From Castellaniella sp. (lineage in GTDB: Bacteria > Pseudomonadota > Gammaproteobacteria > Burkholderiales > Burkholderiaceae_B): 64,000 nt of DNA. Made by a program: the position numbers and the translations under genes. The notes beneath the pieces are model-generated. The model was not told the origin of the DNA, made no database searches, and was given only the letters and a program-made list of their open reading frames with translations. This document shows, piece after piece, positions 47,135 to 56,582 of the stretch. Numbering within the stretch: the stretch's first letter is position 1; each line of letters begins with the position of its first letter. The DNA lies in contig NZ_JAUCCV010000007.1 in the NCBI RefSeq assembly GCF_034675905.1, forward strand, positions 86,677-150,676. Reading direction: 5' to 3'.

Positions 47135-48113
47135 ATGACCATTATCGGCATCGCTCTTGGCAAGCACTACGACAAGAAGTGGAAGCGCATCGACGAAGAC
47201 GGCAGCGTCCTGTCGCCCGCACAGCACTATTTCGACGATCACCCGATCTTTTCTCGGCCTGGCCGATGAGGAAATCAACGGCCAGGCCATGGTTCGTGTC
47301 CCGGCGTTCTACTACCGTAATGGCGTCATCACGGATGGCGACCTGGCGGGCAAGAAGGCGTTATGGATCAGCCCGACCCCAGCCGACGGCTTTACGCGTC
47401 ACCCCGCCTTCATGCACCACGGTGCGCCTATCGATCAGTTCTGGATCGGCAAGTACCAGGCGACGGCTGACGGCCCCCTTATGGGTTCCTGCGCTGGTGC
47501 GATGCCGCTGGCTAGCATAGATTTTCCGACGATGAAAGACCGCGCTGCCCAGCGCGGCGATGACTGGATGCTCTGGAGCGTCTATCAGCTCGCTGCGGTT
47601 CAGATCCTCGCCTTGATCGAACATGGCACGCCCGATCTGGCCTCTGTTGTTGGTGCTGGATACGTGGATGGCGACGGCGTTCGGCCGGTTGATGATGAGC
47701 TGGTCGCCCAGGCTGCGTATCGCGGCATCACCGGCCTGTGGGGCAACGTGTGGCAGATGCTCCAGGGCCTGGGGACGAACGGCGAGCGCGAATGGCGGAT
47801 CTGGGATATGGCAGGCCGTCAAGAGCTGATCGATACCGGCATCGCCGCGCCCGAGAACAACTGGTTTCACCGACGGCAGCGCAAGGCTGGCGCGGATTTC
47901 GACCTGGGTGCTGTTTTCCTGCCCAAGAAGACGCGCGATGCGCAGGGAGATTCCGGCTTCGGTGATTACATCTGGGCCTGGTCAGATGGCGAGGTCGCGT
48001 ACCACGGCGGTCTTTGGTACGGCGGTGCGCTCGACGGGCTGTTCTGCTTGGTCGTCATCAACGCCGCGTCGCACTCCAATGCGTACATCGGCGGCCGCCT
48101 CGCAAAGGTGTGA
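47135..48113 (+). CDS. C-type-lectin/FGE-fold protein with a DGR-type variable region; frameshift at T4 47249-47252
   Basis: RBS AGGAG and MTIIGIALGKHYDKKWKRIDEDG...HPIF join LGLADEEINGQAMVRVPAFYY if one T is removed. FWIGKYQA, GLWGNVWQM; C-terminus GGLWYGGALDGLFCLVVINAASHSNAYIGGRLAKV. Confidence 0.75.
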
Positions 48114-48145
48114 TGGGTCACGTCTTAAGTGTCATGCAAACGGGC

Positions 48146-48167
48146 GAGCCCGCCGAGCGGGCCGCTC
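48146..48167 (+). other. GC-rich hairpin downstream of the VR-like end (DGR homing cruciform candidate)
   Basis: GCCCGC-cga-GCGGGC (48148-48162), about 35 bp after the stop codon. Confidence 0.5.
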
Positions 48168-48184
48168 ACTGAACTGGAGCTGCT

Positions 48185-48319
48185 ATGTCTGCTACCCCCA
48201 TCATTCCCGGCCGCCTGTACCGCGTTCGTGGTCAGGGTTTCGACGTCACAGTGATTGCCACCGATGCTGCGGCCGCAATCATCATCATGCTTCCGAGGGT
48301 CATGCCATGCGAAGCCTAA
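48185..48319 (+). CDS. 44-aa phage hypothetical protein
   Basis: MSATPIIPGRLYRVRGQGFDVTVIATDAAAAIIIMLPRVMPCEA; RBS GGAG; below the ORF-track cutoff. Confidence 0.6.
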   Translation: MSATPIIPGRLYRVRGQGFDVTVIATDAAAAIIIMLPRVMPCEA

Positions 48320-48414
48320 TGATTCGTACCTGCGTGGCATTCCGACTGCGCCGCGACCCCGCCCTGCGCCTGTCGTGGCGATCAAGCTGGCGCATCGCAG
48401 GAGAGATGCAGTGA
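48319..48414 (+). CDS. 31-aa phage hypothetical protein
   Basis: MIRTCVAFRLRRDPALRLSWRSSWRIAGEMQ; coupled by TAATG and GTGA overlaps to its neighbours. Confidence 0.5.
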   Translation: MIRTCVAFRLRRDPALRLSWRSSWRIAGEMQ

Positions 48415-48650
48415 GTCCCGCTCGAGGCATGGCGCATGTCGAGGTTTTCCTGGGCGATGATGAGCTGATCGCCGTGAACGCCCTGCTGGAAAAACTGATC
48501 GTTGCGAACTACGGCCCGCATCCCGACCTCTTTCTGTCGCTGGCCGACGGCGACCAGGTGATGGCGGCGGACATGCTGTCGGGCGCCTGCATATTCCACA
48601 TGGCGGCCCGGCGCGTCATGCGGGTGCGCAATATGCCGGAGGCCGCATGA
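48411..48650 (+). CDS. phage hypothetical protein
   Basis: GTG start overlapping the previous stop; ends with the ATGA overlap typical of phage operons. Confidence 0.6.
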   Translation: MSPARGMAHVEVFLGDDELIAVNALLEKLIVANYGPHPDLFLSLADGDQVMAADMLSGACIFHMAARRVMRVRNMPEAA

Positions 48651-48925
48651 AGAAAGACGCTACCGCGCCGCCCGCCACCACCGTGCAGCTCAAGCAGGCC
48701 CTGGCCGCCGCGCGTCTGAATATATCGCTCGAAGACGCACTGCGCTCACCAGCCCTGACACGCTGCCTCGAAATCACCGCAGAGGTCATGGTATCTGACC
48801 CGGATCTCTGCGGCGCCCGGACAGATCATCGTGCATCGCGCGAGCCGCTGCCCGTCCTCGCGCACGAAGTCGCAGCGCCACGCATGGACGTGAAACGTGC
48901 CGCCGCTGGTGACACGGACGATTGA
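48647..48925 (+). CDS. phage hypothetical protein
   Basis: 92 aa, translationally coupled to the upstream gene. Confidence 0.65.
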   Translation: MKKDATAPPATTVQLKQALAAARLNISLEDALRSPALTRCLEITAEVMVSDPDLCGARTDHRASREPLPVLAHEVAAPRMDVKRAAAGDTDD

Positions 48926-48927
48926 CC

Positions 48928-49338
48928 ATGAAAAAGAAGCGCCGCATACCCCGCACGATACGCATCCCGGTCACTCGCGCCCTGCGAGATGAGTTCGCAA
49001 TGCTGCTGTACACGTCGCTCTGGAGCCTTGAGCACGCCCCAGGAGCCGATCCGTTTGACAACCTAGCGGGCGTTTTCAACGTGGTGCAGCTTGCGCTCGA
49101 GCACGACGCCGCGCACCGCCATGAGGCGCGTCTTATCACTGGCGGTGCCGCTGCCCTGAATCAGGCGATGAACCGGATCATTTCCGGCAAGCCGCCCGCC
49201 GATCACGAAATCGCGCCCATTCGCGTGAGCGTGGAAACCATAGACAGGCTGCTGGGCCGTTTGGACGTGTCAGTCCTATACGCCGCCATGCAGCGCCTGC
49301 GCGATCTACGCGCAGCACCCGAAAAAAGAGAGTTGTGA
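48928..49338 (+). CDS. phage hypothetical protein
   Basis: MKKKRRIPRTIRIPVT..., helical, in the same operon. Confidence 0.7.
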   Translation: MKKKRRIPRTIRIPVTRALRDEFAMLLYTSLWSLEHAPGADPFDNLAGVFNVVQLALEHDAAHRHEARLITGGAAALNQAMNRIISGKPPADHEIAPIRVSVETIDRLLGRLDVSVLYAAMQRLRDLRAAPEKREL

Positions 49339-49628
49339 CTATAAAGGAGAAACCTATGTCACTAGAGGATTTGATCGATACAGATTCCCGGCCTGCCAGC
49401 AGGCTGCATGCAACCATGGAGTCCCGCCGCCGACTGGAATTGTGCAGCGAGCAGATGGCTGAAGGCGCCCGCCTTGTCATCGATGTTCTGGATGAACTCA
49501 TTGCAGAGCATGGAGACCTGCCGATTAGCGATACCCTGGCTGATCGGCTGATAGAGCGCATCGGGCTGCTCGACCGCGCCCAGGCGGCTTTATCGGACGC
49601 AATGCAGGGGAGGCATCGCCATGCTTGA
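49335..49628 (+). CDS. phage hypothetical protein
   Basis: 97 aa, overlaps both neighbours. Confidence 0.6.
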   Translation: MTIKEKPMSLEDLIDTDSRPASRLHATMESRRRLELCSEQMAEGARLVIDVLDELIAEHGDLPISDTLADRLIERIGLLDRAQAALSDAMQGRHRHA

Positions 49629-49854
49629 AACTGGCATTCTGCTGACCCGTGCACAGCTTGAGGAGCTAACGGGCATGAAACAGCCTGCGCGGATGGTGGC
49701 ATGGCTCGAGCAGCGGCATTGGGTGTACGAACCCGCCGCGCGTCGAGGCGGAATCCCCAGGGTATCGCGGCAGCATTTCGAGGCCCGTATGTCGGGCAAG
49801 TCGAACGCGCGGCGCCGTAACGGGCCACGGCTCGACTTCTTCGCAGCACAATGA
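49621..49854 (+). CDS. excisionase-like protein (DUF4224 type)
   Basis: LTRAQLEELTGMKQPARMVAWL...GGIPRVSR; ATGA-coupled to the integrase. Confidence 0.8.
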   Translation: MLETGILLTRAQLEELTGMKQPARMVAWLEQRHWVYEPAARRGGIPRVSRQHFEARMSGKSNARRRNGPRLDFFAAQ

Positions 49855-50957
49855 GCCGACAGCGCACCCGTCAGGATGGCCTGCCTTATCGTGTCTACGA
49901 GCGCAGGGGCACTATTACCTATTCAATCGGGTACAAGCTCCCTGATGGCCGGTGGGCGTTTCGCCTGAAGTGCCCCGTCAAGGATCGCGCCAAGATGGCA
50001 GAGATCCGTGCCGAGGCGATTCGTCGGGCAGGCGAGATCGGCTTGGGTCGACCGGCTGACGATTCCGTTGATGCGTTGATTACGGTGTGGCTGGAGTGGC
50101 AGGAATCTCTACCGCTTAACAGCCCGAAACGACGCGCTGACTCGACGCTGGCCGAGAACAAGCGCGAGATCGTCCGGCTGCGTAAGGCGTTCGGCCACAT
50201 GGCGGTGCGCGACCTCACGAAGACGGACGCCTACGCCTACCTGGATGCGTGCGTTAAGGCGAGCCGCGCCGCCAAGGGGAACAAGGAAATATCGCTGATG
50301 CGCCGCATTTTGGAATATGGCGTGCGCCTAGGCCTGCTAACAGTCAACTCGTTTGACGGTGTCGAGAAGAACGAAACCGCCGAGTATGACCGCCTGGTGA
50401 CCGATGAAGAAATTGCCCTGGCCGAACGCGTGGGCCGGAAGATGGGCGGCCCGCAGTTGATCGTGGCGCTGGCACTGAAAACAGCCTGGCTGTGCCTGAA
50501 ACGTTCCGTGGAGGTGCGAGCGTTGACACACCCACAAATCACCGATGCTGGCATTGAGTGGGTGGCGGCCAAACGGCGGCGGGGTGCCATTCCAAGGGTC
50601 GGGATTATCGAGTGGAGTCCAGAGCTGCGAGCGACGATTGATGATGCCCTGGCGATCAAGCGTTATGACCTCGCGGGCGACTGGTATGTGTTTGGAAATT
50701 TGCGCGGCGAGCGGTACACAAAAGGTGGCTGGAAGAGCACGCTATCGCGGCTCATGAACGAATGCGTGGAGGTGGCCACCAAGGAAAGCATCCCGTTTAA
50801 GCCATTCAGCCTGCAGGACTGCCGCCCTAAGGGTGTGTCAGACAAACTCCAGCGTGGGGACAAAGACGTCATGGAAGCGACGCTGCACACGTCGGAGCGG
50901 ATGATCCGCAAAACCTACGACAGGCGCCGTGTGCGCCATGCGAAGCCCGCAGAGTAG
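49851..50957 (+). CDS. int: tyrosine recombinase / phage integrase
   Basis: LCLKRSVEVR (catalytic R), LQDCRPKG (HxxR variant), LHTSERMIRKTYDRRR (catalytic Tyr); intact 368 aa. Confidence 0.9.
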   Translation: MSRQRTRQDGLPYRVYERRGTITYSIGYKLPDGRWAFRLKCPVKDRAKMAEIRAEAIRRAGEIGLGRPADDSVDALITVWLEWQESLPLNSPKRRADSTLAENKREIVRLRKAFGHMAVRDLTKTDAYAYLDACVKASRAAKGNKEISLMRRILEYGVRLGLLTVNSFDGVEKNETAEYDRLVTDEEIALAERVGRKMGGPQLIVALALKTAWLCLKRSVEVRALTHPQITDAGIEWVAAKRRRGAIPRVGIIEWSPELRATIDDALAIKRYDLAGDWYVFGNLRGERYTKGGWKSTLSRLMNECVEVATKESIPFKPFSLQDCRPKGVSDKLQRGDKDVMEATLHTSERMIRKTYDRRRVRHAKPAE

Positions 50958-50961
50958 GGAA

Positions 50962-51345
50962 TTATCCGTCGTGGCCCATGCCCACAATAAAGCCCGATAC
51001 GACTCTGTCGAGGGCTTTTTTCTCGGCTGTCGATAGCTTGCTGTACGACTCATAGGACGTCGAGAAAGGCCAGCCGTTCGCGCGGTTCTGGATGTGTGGC
51101 TGGTGGTTGTCCACCTCTCCCTCTTTCAGGTACTTCGGCCCTTCACCTGTCGCAATCCACCATGTGTGGACGCGAAAGAAGGCCGCTGCGCGGATGGCGT
51201 TTGAGGCCTCCATCTGCTTGGTCTTTCCGGACAGCCAGCCGTTCACGGACGGTTGCTTCACGCCGCAGGCGCGGGCGAGATCGACGGGCCTGGCCTCGGG
51301 GCGCTCGGCAAAGAGTTCAGAGAATCGTTCTGTAAGTGTGGACAT
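50962..51345 (-). CDS. CI-like XRE HTH repressor without an S24 peptidase domain
   Basis: VDLARACGVKQPSVNGWLSGKTK HTH; divergent from cro; 127 aa. Confidence 0.85.
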   Translation of the reverse strand: MSTLTERFSELFAERPEARPVDLARACGVKQPSVNGWLSGKTKQMEASNAIRAAAFFRVHTWWIATGEGPKYLKEGEVDNHQPHIQNRANGWPFSTSYESYSKLSTAEKKALDRVVSGFIVGMGHDG

Positions 51346-51346
51346 A

Positions 51347-51423
51347 TTAGCTAATCCTAAATGTTTTTCACATAGGTGTGGCTTGCTTTTTATCCTTAGG
51401 TATGGCTAAATATGCACTGCTAA
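51347..51423. promoter_or_regulatory. O_R/P_R operator-promoter region
   Basis: TTAG-N6-CTAA at 51347-51360 and 51396-51409; CCTTAG-nn-ATGGCTAA is shared (14/16) with 46781-46796. Confidence 0.8.
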
Positions 51424-51440
51424 GGATTTGGAGACCAACC

Positions 51441-51659
51441 ATGAAACGCATCGCCGAGCATCCGGATGCCGCTGTCATTGAACGCCTCGGGGGGACGTCA
51501 GCCGTCGCTCGCATGTGCAAGATCGAGGCCCCGTCTGTTACGAAGTGGAAGAAAACCGGGATACCCCAGGCACGCAGCATGTACCTGCGCGTACTGCACC
51601 CCGAGGCATTCCTGTCCGCTTCGCCCGACACGGCCAGCTCGCATCCAGCGGGGCAATGA
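51441..51659 (+). CDS. Cro-like (YdaS-type) HTH protein
   Basis: IERLGGTSAVARMCKIEAPSVTKWKKTGIP; RBS GGAG. Confidence 0.85.
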   Translation: MKRIAEHPDAAVIERLGGTSAVARMCKIEAPSVTKWKKTGIPQARSMYLRVLHPEAFLSASPDTASSHPAGQ

Positions 51660-51731
51660 TGATGAGCGCCCCATACTCCGCCCTTCCTTTTTCAATGTGG
51701 CCTCATTGTGCGACTTCGAAGGAGGACAGTC

Positions 51732-52300
51732 ATGCGTAGCATGTCGCAAACCACGATCACCATCCTGCGCGATGAGATTACCGAGTATCGGCGGGGCAAG
51801 CGCTTGTCGCGTGAGACTGTCGCCGCTGGCATCGTCGACGCGCACGAACGCCTGGGCGCCGACGTGGTGACAGGCATCCGCTTCGAGCCCAAGACGGTTG
51901 ATGCGTTCGAGCGCACCAAAGTGAACGCCGACCGAATCTTTCGATGGTTGGACGATGTCACCAAGGACGGCGTGTTTGTTGCCTGCGAACTTTCTGGTTT
52001 CTGTGCTGGCTGGTCTGCCCGAGGATGTTCGTCGTCGCGTTCTGGATCGGATGCTGCTGCCGCTCGGGTTCGCTGTCCGATCCCTTGGCGACAACCAGAG
52101 CGCTGCGGCCGTGTCTGCCAGCATGGTCGCCACGCTGGTCCGGGAGCAAAGCGAGGCAGCAGCAGCGACCACCAACCTGCTGGGAACCGCCGACCGCGCA
52201 GCCCTGCTAGACGCCAGACGCGAGATGGCCGAGGCCGTCGACGTCGGCGCAGAACCTGCTCGCGCATCTGGATGCGCAGATCTCGGAGGGCCAGGAACGC
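51732..52300 (+). pseudogene. CII-like (YdaT-type) regulator, frameshifted; end approximate
   Basis: MRSMSQTTITILRDEI...RIFRWLDDVTKDGV continues as LLPANFLVSVLAGLP only if one T of 51975-51977 is removed; follows cro. Confidence 0.6.
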
Positions 52301-52455
52301 ATGAAGCCAGCCCCGAAACCCGTACCGCGCCGCCCGCGCTCTGTGCAGCAACGCGCGGATCGCAAGGCGCAACAGACGCAATCACACAACCGCCCACCCG
52401 GGACCCATGCCGTCTGCCGTACGGCCGTCTGGTCGTCGGCCCAAGGGGGCGTCTG

Positions 52456-52647
52456 ATGGCGCACGAATTCGACCGCGCCAGCGAGCGCGAACAGGAGGCC
52501 CGCGACGCCGCGCTGGCCGCCACCCGCCGGGCCGCTGCGGCGATGCCGAAGGGTGAGCCGGGCGAGTGCGACCGCTGCGGCGAGTACTTCGTCCGCTTGG
52601 TCGGCGGCCTATGCGGCTTCTGCCGCGACGGTAGGTCGCGCCCATGA
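52456..52647 (+). CDS. TraR/DksA-like C4 zinc-finger protein
   Basis: MAHEFDRASEREQEARDAALAA...GECDRCGE...LCGFC. Confidence 0.75.
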   Translation: MAHEFDRASEREQEARDAALAATRRAAAAMPKGEPGECDRCGEYFVRLVGGLCGFCRDGRSRP

Positions 52648-52891
52648 TGCAGCCGGTTGCCCGCCTGCTTTTTTTCACGCCCGCGTTGAGTGGGGTAATC
52701 CCCGTTCCCCCAGGGAGAGCAGCAGGCCGCGTGGTTGCGTTGCGGGATGGGTTGCGCCTCGGTCGGCTCTGTTGCTTTTTTGCAACCAAGGTGGGGACCC
52801 TGGCGGATTCCTGGTCTTGCGGGGGCGCGCACCCGCGAAATATCGCTAGGCTGCGGGCCTGCAACATAGGCAACTGTCTGGGGGCCGCCGT

Positions 52892-55358
52892 ATGAGCTGG
52901 AAGAACTACGACGACGTGCTCTCCCAGCTTCGGGCCGCTGGCCTGGATGTCGATACGGAACGTTCGACGTCGGCACGTCGCGGCCTATTCGGTGCCGGGA
53001 GTACAACGGCGACCGCGAAAAGCGCGGCTGGTATTGGCTGAACGAGATCTGGCTCGACGAATACGACGACGCGGGCAAGCCCACAAAGGGCTGCTACATC
53101 GTCGGCAGCTACGGGGTCTATCGCGGTAAAGAGTCGGGCAAGCAGAAGATTCGGCTGTCGCGCAACGGCGCCACCATGAGCGCACAGCAGGCCGCTGCCA
53201 TGAAGGCCCGGCACGCCGAGAACGTGCGCCGCGCCAAGGCTATACGCGCCGCCGAGCAGGAGCGTGCCGCGCAGGCCGCCGCACGCGGCTGGGCCAAATA
53301 TCAGCCGGTGAGCGCCACGCCGTCCGAATACCTGGCCCGTAAGGGCGTGGGTGGCCACGGCGTGCGTTACTCGCCGTCGGGTAACGGCACCATCGCCATC
53401 CCGATCTGCGACGACACCGGCAAAGTCTGGGGCTTGCAGATCGTGCGAGGCCGCGACGGTGGTAAGCGCCTGGAAAAGCAGTACTGGCCCGCTGGCATGA
53501 ACAAGGCGGCGCACTACCACATGCTGGGCGCACCTGGCGCCGTGATTCTGCTGGCCGAGGGCTACGCCACCGCCGCGACGTTGTTCGAGGCGACCGGGTT
53601 GTGCGTCGTGGCGTTCGATGCCGATAATCTGATGCCGGTCGCCCAGGCGCTGCACAAGTCCTACCCCAAGGCGTACATCCTGGCGTGCGCCGATGACGAT
53701 TACCTCACAAAAGACCCCCACGGCAACCCGTGGAACCCCGGCGTCGAGGCCGCCCAGGCCGCGGCGACTGCCGTGCGCGGCGGATGGGTGGAGCCCGAGT
53801 TTCCCGGCGACCGCGAAGGCAAGAAGCTGACGGACTTTAACGACCTGCAGCACTTCCCTTTGGGTGGCCAGGCGTTGGTACGCGCCCAGATCGAGATGGC
53901 CCTTGCTGCTGCCGGGCATGATGCGGCAGCGGTCGGGCGGCCCGGCTTGCGGACTGGTGGCTTCGGCAGGCCGGGAACCCAGCCAGGGGGAAGGGGAAGG
54001 CGGAAAACGTCGCGCCGAAGCTGTCATGCCTCTGGATGATCTGGTGGAGCGCTTCGTGCCGGTTGATGATGGTACGGGCGACACGGTCTTTGATCTATGG
54101 ACGAACCGCATTGCGCGGCGGGCGCAGATGGTCGCGTTGCTGCCCGCTGGCGTACGCGCCGACGACATCAAGCGTCATCCGTTGTGGGTCGAGCGCGGCG
54201 CCTACTTCATCGATCAGATCGGCTTCGACCCGGCTGGCAAAGACGATGCGGTGGCACTCAACACCTGGCGCGGCTGGCCGATGGCCCCGCGCGACGGCTC
54301 ATGCCGCGAGCTGCTCGACCTGTTGCGCTACTTGTGCGAAGGCGAGAGCAATGCCGATGAGGTGTACGAGTGGATGTTGTGCTGGATGGCGTACCCGCTG
54401 CAGAACCCAGGCGCGAAGATGTCAAGCGCCATCATCATGCACGGCCCGCAGGGCACGGGCAAATCCACGATCTTTCAGACGCTGGCGAAAATCTACGGCG
54501 ATTACGCCACGGTGCTGAACCAGCGCGGCCTGGAGGATCGGTTCAACAGCGACTGGGTCGATAGCAAGCTGTTTCTGCTGGCCGAGGAAGTGGTAACCCG
54601 TGCGGAAATGTGGCATATCAAAAACGAGTTGAAAGAGCTTGTCACGGGCGAATGGATACGGGTGAACCCGAAGAACCTGGCCGCCTACCGTCAGCGCAAC
54701 CACGTCAACATCGTTTATCTGTCGAACGAGGGCCAGCCGCTGCCCATCGATAACGACGACCGCCGTCACCTGGTCATCTACACGCCACCCGCCCTGGCAG
54801 AGGACTTCTACGACGCGGTCAACATCGAGCTCGAGCACGGTGGGGTCGAGGCGTTCTACTACTTCCTGATGCACGTCGACCTGGCCGACTTCCATCCCAA
54901 AAGCGCCCGCCAATGACCGAGTCAAAGCAAAAGCTGATCGACCTATCGCTGCCCTCCGAGGCGGTGTTCGTGCGCGAGTGGCAGGCGGGCCAGCTTGAAA
55001 TCGACGAGGGCAAAGGTCCCATGCCGTTCTGCCCATGTCTGGGCGGGCACCTGTACACCACCTACAAGAAATGGTGCGCCCTGACGGGCGTCGTGCGGCC
55101 TCGCGATGAAACGCAGTTCATCGGATACGTGGGCCGCTTGCCCGAGTGGCAGGCTGGCAAGCCCGTGTCCACCCTGGAGAGCCTGAACAGCACAGCCTAT
55201 AAGAGCCGCAAGATGGTGATCCCCAGCCCTACCGCCGTCGCCGATGCACAGGCTGCGGGCGCGACGACCATTAGTGATGGCGACGGATCGAAAACAGGGG
55301 CCGTTGGCTGACTGAATGTTTTTTCGCGTTCAACAATGCGATGGGAGGCGGCCTGTGA
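52892..55358 (+). pseudogene. primase-helicase (Toprim plus SF3/D5-like ATPase plus C-terminal domain), about 4 frameshifts
   Basis: MSWKNYDDVLSQLRAAGL; Toprim LAEGYATA and ACADDD; Walker A GPQGTGKS; LAEEV; DRR. Pieces in ORFs 53176-54039, 53864-54916 and 54913-55311; one more A in the A4 run at 54899-54902 gives PKKRPPMT. Confidence 0.85.
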
Positions 55359-55368
55359 TAGTACGCCG

Positions 55369-55585
55369 TATTACGCCACTTATTACCGAAAAACACGCGG
55401 CAGGCGGGGATATGACTTGTATTACGCCTATGACCCCGTTCGCCCGCCCGCGTGACGTGAAAACATCTAACGTGCATGTTTACCCCTCACATGAGGCGCG
55501 TAACCCCGTCACAGGCGTAATACAAGTAATAGTCTCGCTTAAAAAGGTTCTAGGGGTAATAAAGTGAGTAATAAATGGGGTAATA
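55369..55585. repeat. convergent hexamer arrays, candidate phage replication origin
   Basis: TATTAC at 55369, 55381 and 55420, then its complement GTAATA at 55517, 55526, 55556, 55568 and 55580; AT-rich; directly after the primase. Confidence 0.65.
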
Positions 55586-55620
55586 AGGTTTGAGGCAGTC
55601 GATTTCGGTGGGGCTTCGTC

Positions 55621-56257
55621 ATGATCCTGGAATCGAAAGCCGCTTTCTCGTCGCCTGGGCGTCAATAAATCCACGATCACCCGCGCCGCACAGGCTGGTC
55701 GCCTGGTCATGCAGGGCGATCAGGTCAATGTCGAGGCCAGCCTGGCCCGCTGGCGCGCCGCAAAGGGGCCGCACCGATGTCGCGGAACGCTTCGCGGCGC
55801 AGCGCGGGCAGTCCATCCCCGACGTATCAACCCCTTACCCCCCCGAAGAAAACCCCACAGCGGGCGATTCTGGCCCGTTGCCGGAGCGGGGTTGCGGGCG
55901 GGTTGGTGCGCAACCTTTCACGCGACGGGCCGACACCGGCAGCGCCGGTCACTCCCCTGCAAACCGCGGCCTGACCCTCAGTTCGAGAACGAAACCATCA
56001 AGCTGGAGATGGCGCTGCGCCGTCACATGCGCTACCCCGCTGCCGTTCTCGTGCGGCGGGAAGCCTACGGCCTGGGCCTGGCCCTGCGGGCGTCCGTCGA
56101 GCGCATGGTGGTCAAACCGCGCCGCGCCTGGCCGCTGCCCCGACGCCAGAGCGCCGTGCGCTGCTGGTAGCTGAATGCGCCGCGCTGTCGCGTGCCATTG
56201 CCTACCGAGTTCGTCCGCGCCCTGCGCCGTCTGCGTGCCTCGGAGAAAAAATCATGA
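55621..56257 (+). pseudogene. terminase small subunit-like protein, several frameshifts
   Basis: Reconstructed MILESKAAF.RRLGVNKSTITRAAQAGRLVM...VNVEASLARW (HTH) and ENETIKLEMALRR...RALRRLRASEKKS. Confidence 0.6.
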
Positions 56258-56419
56258 TGATCCGCGAACTTTCGATTTTCCACCCTCCGGGCTTATAATG
56301 GCCGTGCGCTGGTAGACAACCGGCGCACGGGGTTCGCAGCCCGGAATACCAAGGCGCGCAGCCGCCTGGAAACCGTTCACGCGGCTTTTTCACTCTCTGC
56401 GCGCAGCATGGCACTCCTC

Positions 56420-56496
56420 TGGGCGGGCATGCGGGGGAGGGCTTCGGCCCTGCCGGTTCCTGGTTCCAGGTCTGCTAACCCGCATGTGTCCGCCCA
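56420..56496 (+). ncRNA. C4-type antisense RNA (P1 c4 / P4 CI-like cloverleaf)
   Basis: TGGGCGG/CCGCCCA and CATGCGGG/CCCGCATG stems, AGGGC-TTCG-GCCCT and CCTGG-tt-CCAGG hairpins, TGCTAACC tract; upstream near-complement GGGTTCGC at 56330-56337; TATAAT at 56294. Confidence 0.7.
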
Positions 56497-56582
56497 CCTC
56501 GTTTCAGGAGGCGGCGGCTCTCGACCGCGTCCAAGGAGTCACGCCATCAGCTGGTAAATCGTGGTGCGCACCCGCGCACGTC

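Noticed and set aside
51498-53084. 528-aa minus-strand ORF in the prophage
   Set aside because: Low-complexity Arg/Ser/Ala translation opposite cro, the CII-like gene and the primase start; no RBS or domain evidence.
55369-55585. CRISPR array
   Set aside because: Repeats are 6-mers with irregular short spacing; no 25-40 bp repeat-spacer structure and no cas genes.
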